Shown: piece by piece, positions 36,002 through 37,493 of the stretch | How positions within the stretch are numbered: the stretch's first letter is position 1 | Layout: every line of letters starts with the position of its first letter | Source of the DNA: Promethearchaeota archaeon | GTDB lineage: Archaea; Asgardarchaeota; Hermodarchaeia; Hermodarchaeales; Hermodarchaeaceae | Reading direction: 5' to 3' | Length of the DNA: 37,493 nt | Assembly (NCBI GenBank): GCA_048938385.1 | Contig: JBHLMG010000022.1 | Span: forward strand, 1 to 37,493 | The notes under the pieces: model-generated | Told to the model about the DNA's origin: nothing | Databases searched by the model: none | The model's input: only the letters and a program-made list of their open reading frames with translations | Made by a program: the position numbers and the translations under genes

Positions 36002-37171
36002 GTGATTATAATGGTAATTCAGGAGCGCAATGAAACCCTCTTCAATTTTCTAACTCCCGCATTACTCATTATGGTGGGCTTACTCATACTTAACATCGGT
36101 GCAGTGGGTCTGATTCTAATCCACTTCTTCACACCAGTTCTTATCCCAGATGTAACTATGGCAAATATCCAAATTAACCTCGCTGGACAAATCGCCGGTA
36201 CAATTGCTACAATTTTTTTCTTCATCACTTTATTTCGCGTCAAAAAGGTAGAAACCCATAAACCAACTATAAAACGGCTAGTACTTGTCCTCGGCGTTTG
36301 TTGTTTTGGTCTCACAATAGCCACATTTGCATCCTTGATTCTCGTACTAGTCTTAAATGCCCTGGGACTTCCAGTTATTCATTCCTATGCCGGGATAATT
36401 CTAGGACCTGAACACCTTTCCAACCCTTGGAACCTCGTGCTTTTCTTTGCCACAGGAACTGTGGGAGCTGCTATCTTCGAGGAACTCATCTTTCGACGAA
36501 TGCTCATCCCCGCCTTAGAAGTTCGGGGAATGTCCCCTACTGCTGCCGTCATCACCTCTAGTCTCGGATTTGCTCTCATTCATGTTCCCAATGATGTCCT
36601 TAACGGCAGCTTTGGGTTCGTCATCACCCATTTCATATCCGCAGTGATCATCGGATTGGTCTTTGGCTTCGTGTATGTCTTCACCCGGAATATCATATAT
36701 CCAATCATCGTCCATGCATTCAACAACGCCTTTGCCTTTGGTGAAATCATTCTCCTTACCATCAATGAAACTAACCTACTTCTCATCTATGCCCTGGCAA
36801 TGTTGGTAGTCTGGTTCATTGCCATTCTTATTGCGGTATACGCTGGAATCAAGTACTTTTCCTCCGACCCTCCCCATTGGGTGAAAACTCTTAAACAAAA
36901 ATCCTCCACCAATATCCTCCCTGGACTAGCAGGATATTTGCTCATCGCCTTTGGTTTAGTTTCATTTCAAACAATAGTAGAACTGTTCCTTACCATCCCT
37001 GATATCATCTTACTCTTCACGGTGTTATTCCTCTTCTATCTAGGTTACCTAGCTATCCTACTATGGGTTGTAAAAACATCTCATTACATAACAAAAGAAC
37101 AACCAGAGGTTCCAACTAGAAAATTCTACGATAGAGCTGAGGATGTTACGCAGGAACCTCTCCCAGAATAA
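36002..37171 (+). CDS. CPBP (Abi/Rce1-like) intramembrane glutamic endopeptidase
   Basis: EELIFRR, FALIH and H-x-x-N-N motifs in a polytopic membrane protein. Confidence 0.92.
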   Translation: MIIMVIQERNETLFNFLTPALLIMVGLLILNIGAVGLILIHFFTPVLIPDVTMANIQINLAGQIAGTIATIFFFITLFRVKKVETHKPTIKRLVLVLGVCCFGLTIATFASLILVLVLNALGLPVIHSYAGIILGPEHLSNPWNLVLFFATGTVGAAIFEELIFRRMLIPALEVRGMSPTAAVITSSLGFALIHVPNDVLNGSFGFVITHFISAVIIGLVFGFVYVFTRNIIYPIIVHAFNNAFAFGEIILLTINETNLLLIYALAMLVVWFIAILIAVYAGIKYFSSDPPHWVKTLKQKSSTNILPGLAGYLLIAFGLVSFQTIVELFLTIPDIILLFTVLFLFYLGYLAILLWVVKTSHYITKEQPEVPTRKFYDRAEDVTQEPLPE

Positions 37172-37493
37172 GTGGTAAAGTTCGTTGGGTTTTTCCTCGA
37201 ACTATGCCAAGTTCCAGTCGACTCCTGACAGATCGCTTGCGTAGTTGTTCTTGTATCTCCCCCATGGAACGAATCCTCTTATTGTCAAAGGCGACAATTA
37301 CATCACCCTCCTGCAATCCTGCATGAGCAGCGGGGCTATGAGCCACAACTTGAGCTACAAGGACACCTTCATCAACGGTCAACCCATAGGCTCGGGTAAT
37401 CTGGGGGTTTACAGCTACCCCTAAAAACCCCATGTAGGATCGTCGGACATGGCCATGTTCGATGATTTCCTGAGCGATCTCTTTTACGGTATT
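37146..37493 (-). CDS. HtrA/DegP-family protease, C-terminal PDZ part (5' end off the window)
   Basis: The frame is open to the window edge: NTVKEIAQEIIEHGHVRRSYMG...GVLVAQV...SPAAHAGLQEGDVIVAFD...RG. Confidence 0.88.
   Translation of the reverse strand, partial: NTVKEIAQEIIEHGHVRRSYMGFLGVAVNPQITRAYGLTVDEGVLVAQVVAHSPAAHAGLQEGDVIVAFDNKRIRSMGEIQEQLRKRSVRSRLELGIVRGKTQRTLPLILGEVPA

Noticed and set aside
24777-37171. Eukaryote-like CAAX-processing pathway (ICMT-like, Rce1-like CPBP, Rab)
   Set aside because: The GTPase has no C-terminal Cys, no credible protein here ends in CaaX, both families are widespread in prokaryotes, and the ICMT gene is ~9 kb from the GTPase.
1-37493. CRISPR or other regularly spaced repeat arrays, rRNA, SRP RNA, RNase P RNA, selenoprotein read-through
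   Set aside because: No periodic repeat-spacer pattern or signature sequences were seen by eye, and no CDS appears interrupted by an in-frame TGA. The remaining short overlapping ORFs in the track are treated as shadows.

Overview
Gene-dense chromosomal window, most likely from an Asgard archaeon. This is an inference from a Rab-like small GTPase translationally coupled to a longin-domain protein, an arrestin-fold protein, a PGF-CTERM-type surface protein, a KaiC/RAD55 ATPase, a short eL41 and GGTGA-type Shine-Dalgarno sites. It holds about 38 CDSs: DUF72, a PhoU-type regulator, PRTase, DUF362, CooC, UPF0182, a XerA-type recombinase, a QueG-like Fe-S protein, three GNATs, DUF2769, an ICMT-family protein, two large surface proteins, two HEAT-repeat proteins, a CPBP protease and an HtrA fragment. 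I found no tRNA, rRNA, CRISPR array or transposase. The most interesting signals are absent from the ORF track. (i) At 9.78-10.85 kb there are three micro-ORFs: a Lys-rich 23-mer, an adjacent acidic Trp-rich 26-mer with a Sem1/DSS1-like WEEDW motif, and eL41. (ii) At 22.3-23.0 kb a candidate ~140-nt structured RNA shares an exact 14-mer with the long leader of the divergent Cys-rich/coiled-coil gene pair, a possible sRNA-leader switch. (iii) Two recurring intergenic DNA motifs occur, including an 18-bp pseudo-palindrome on both sides of the LVIVD gene. All family assignments come from motifs recognised by eye; no searches or folding programs were run.
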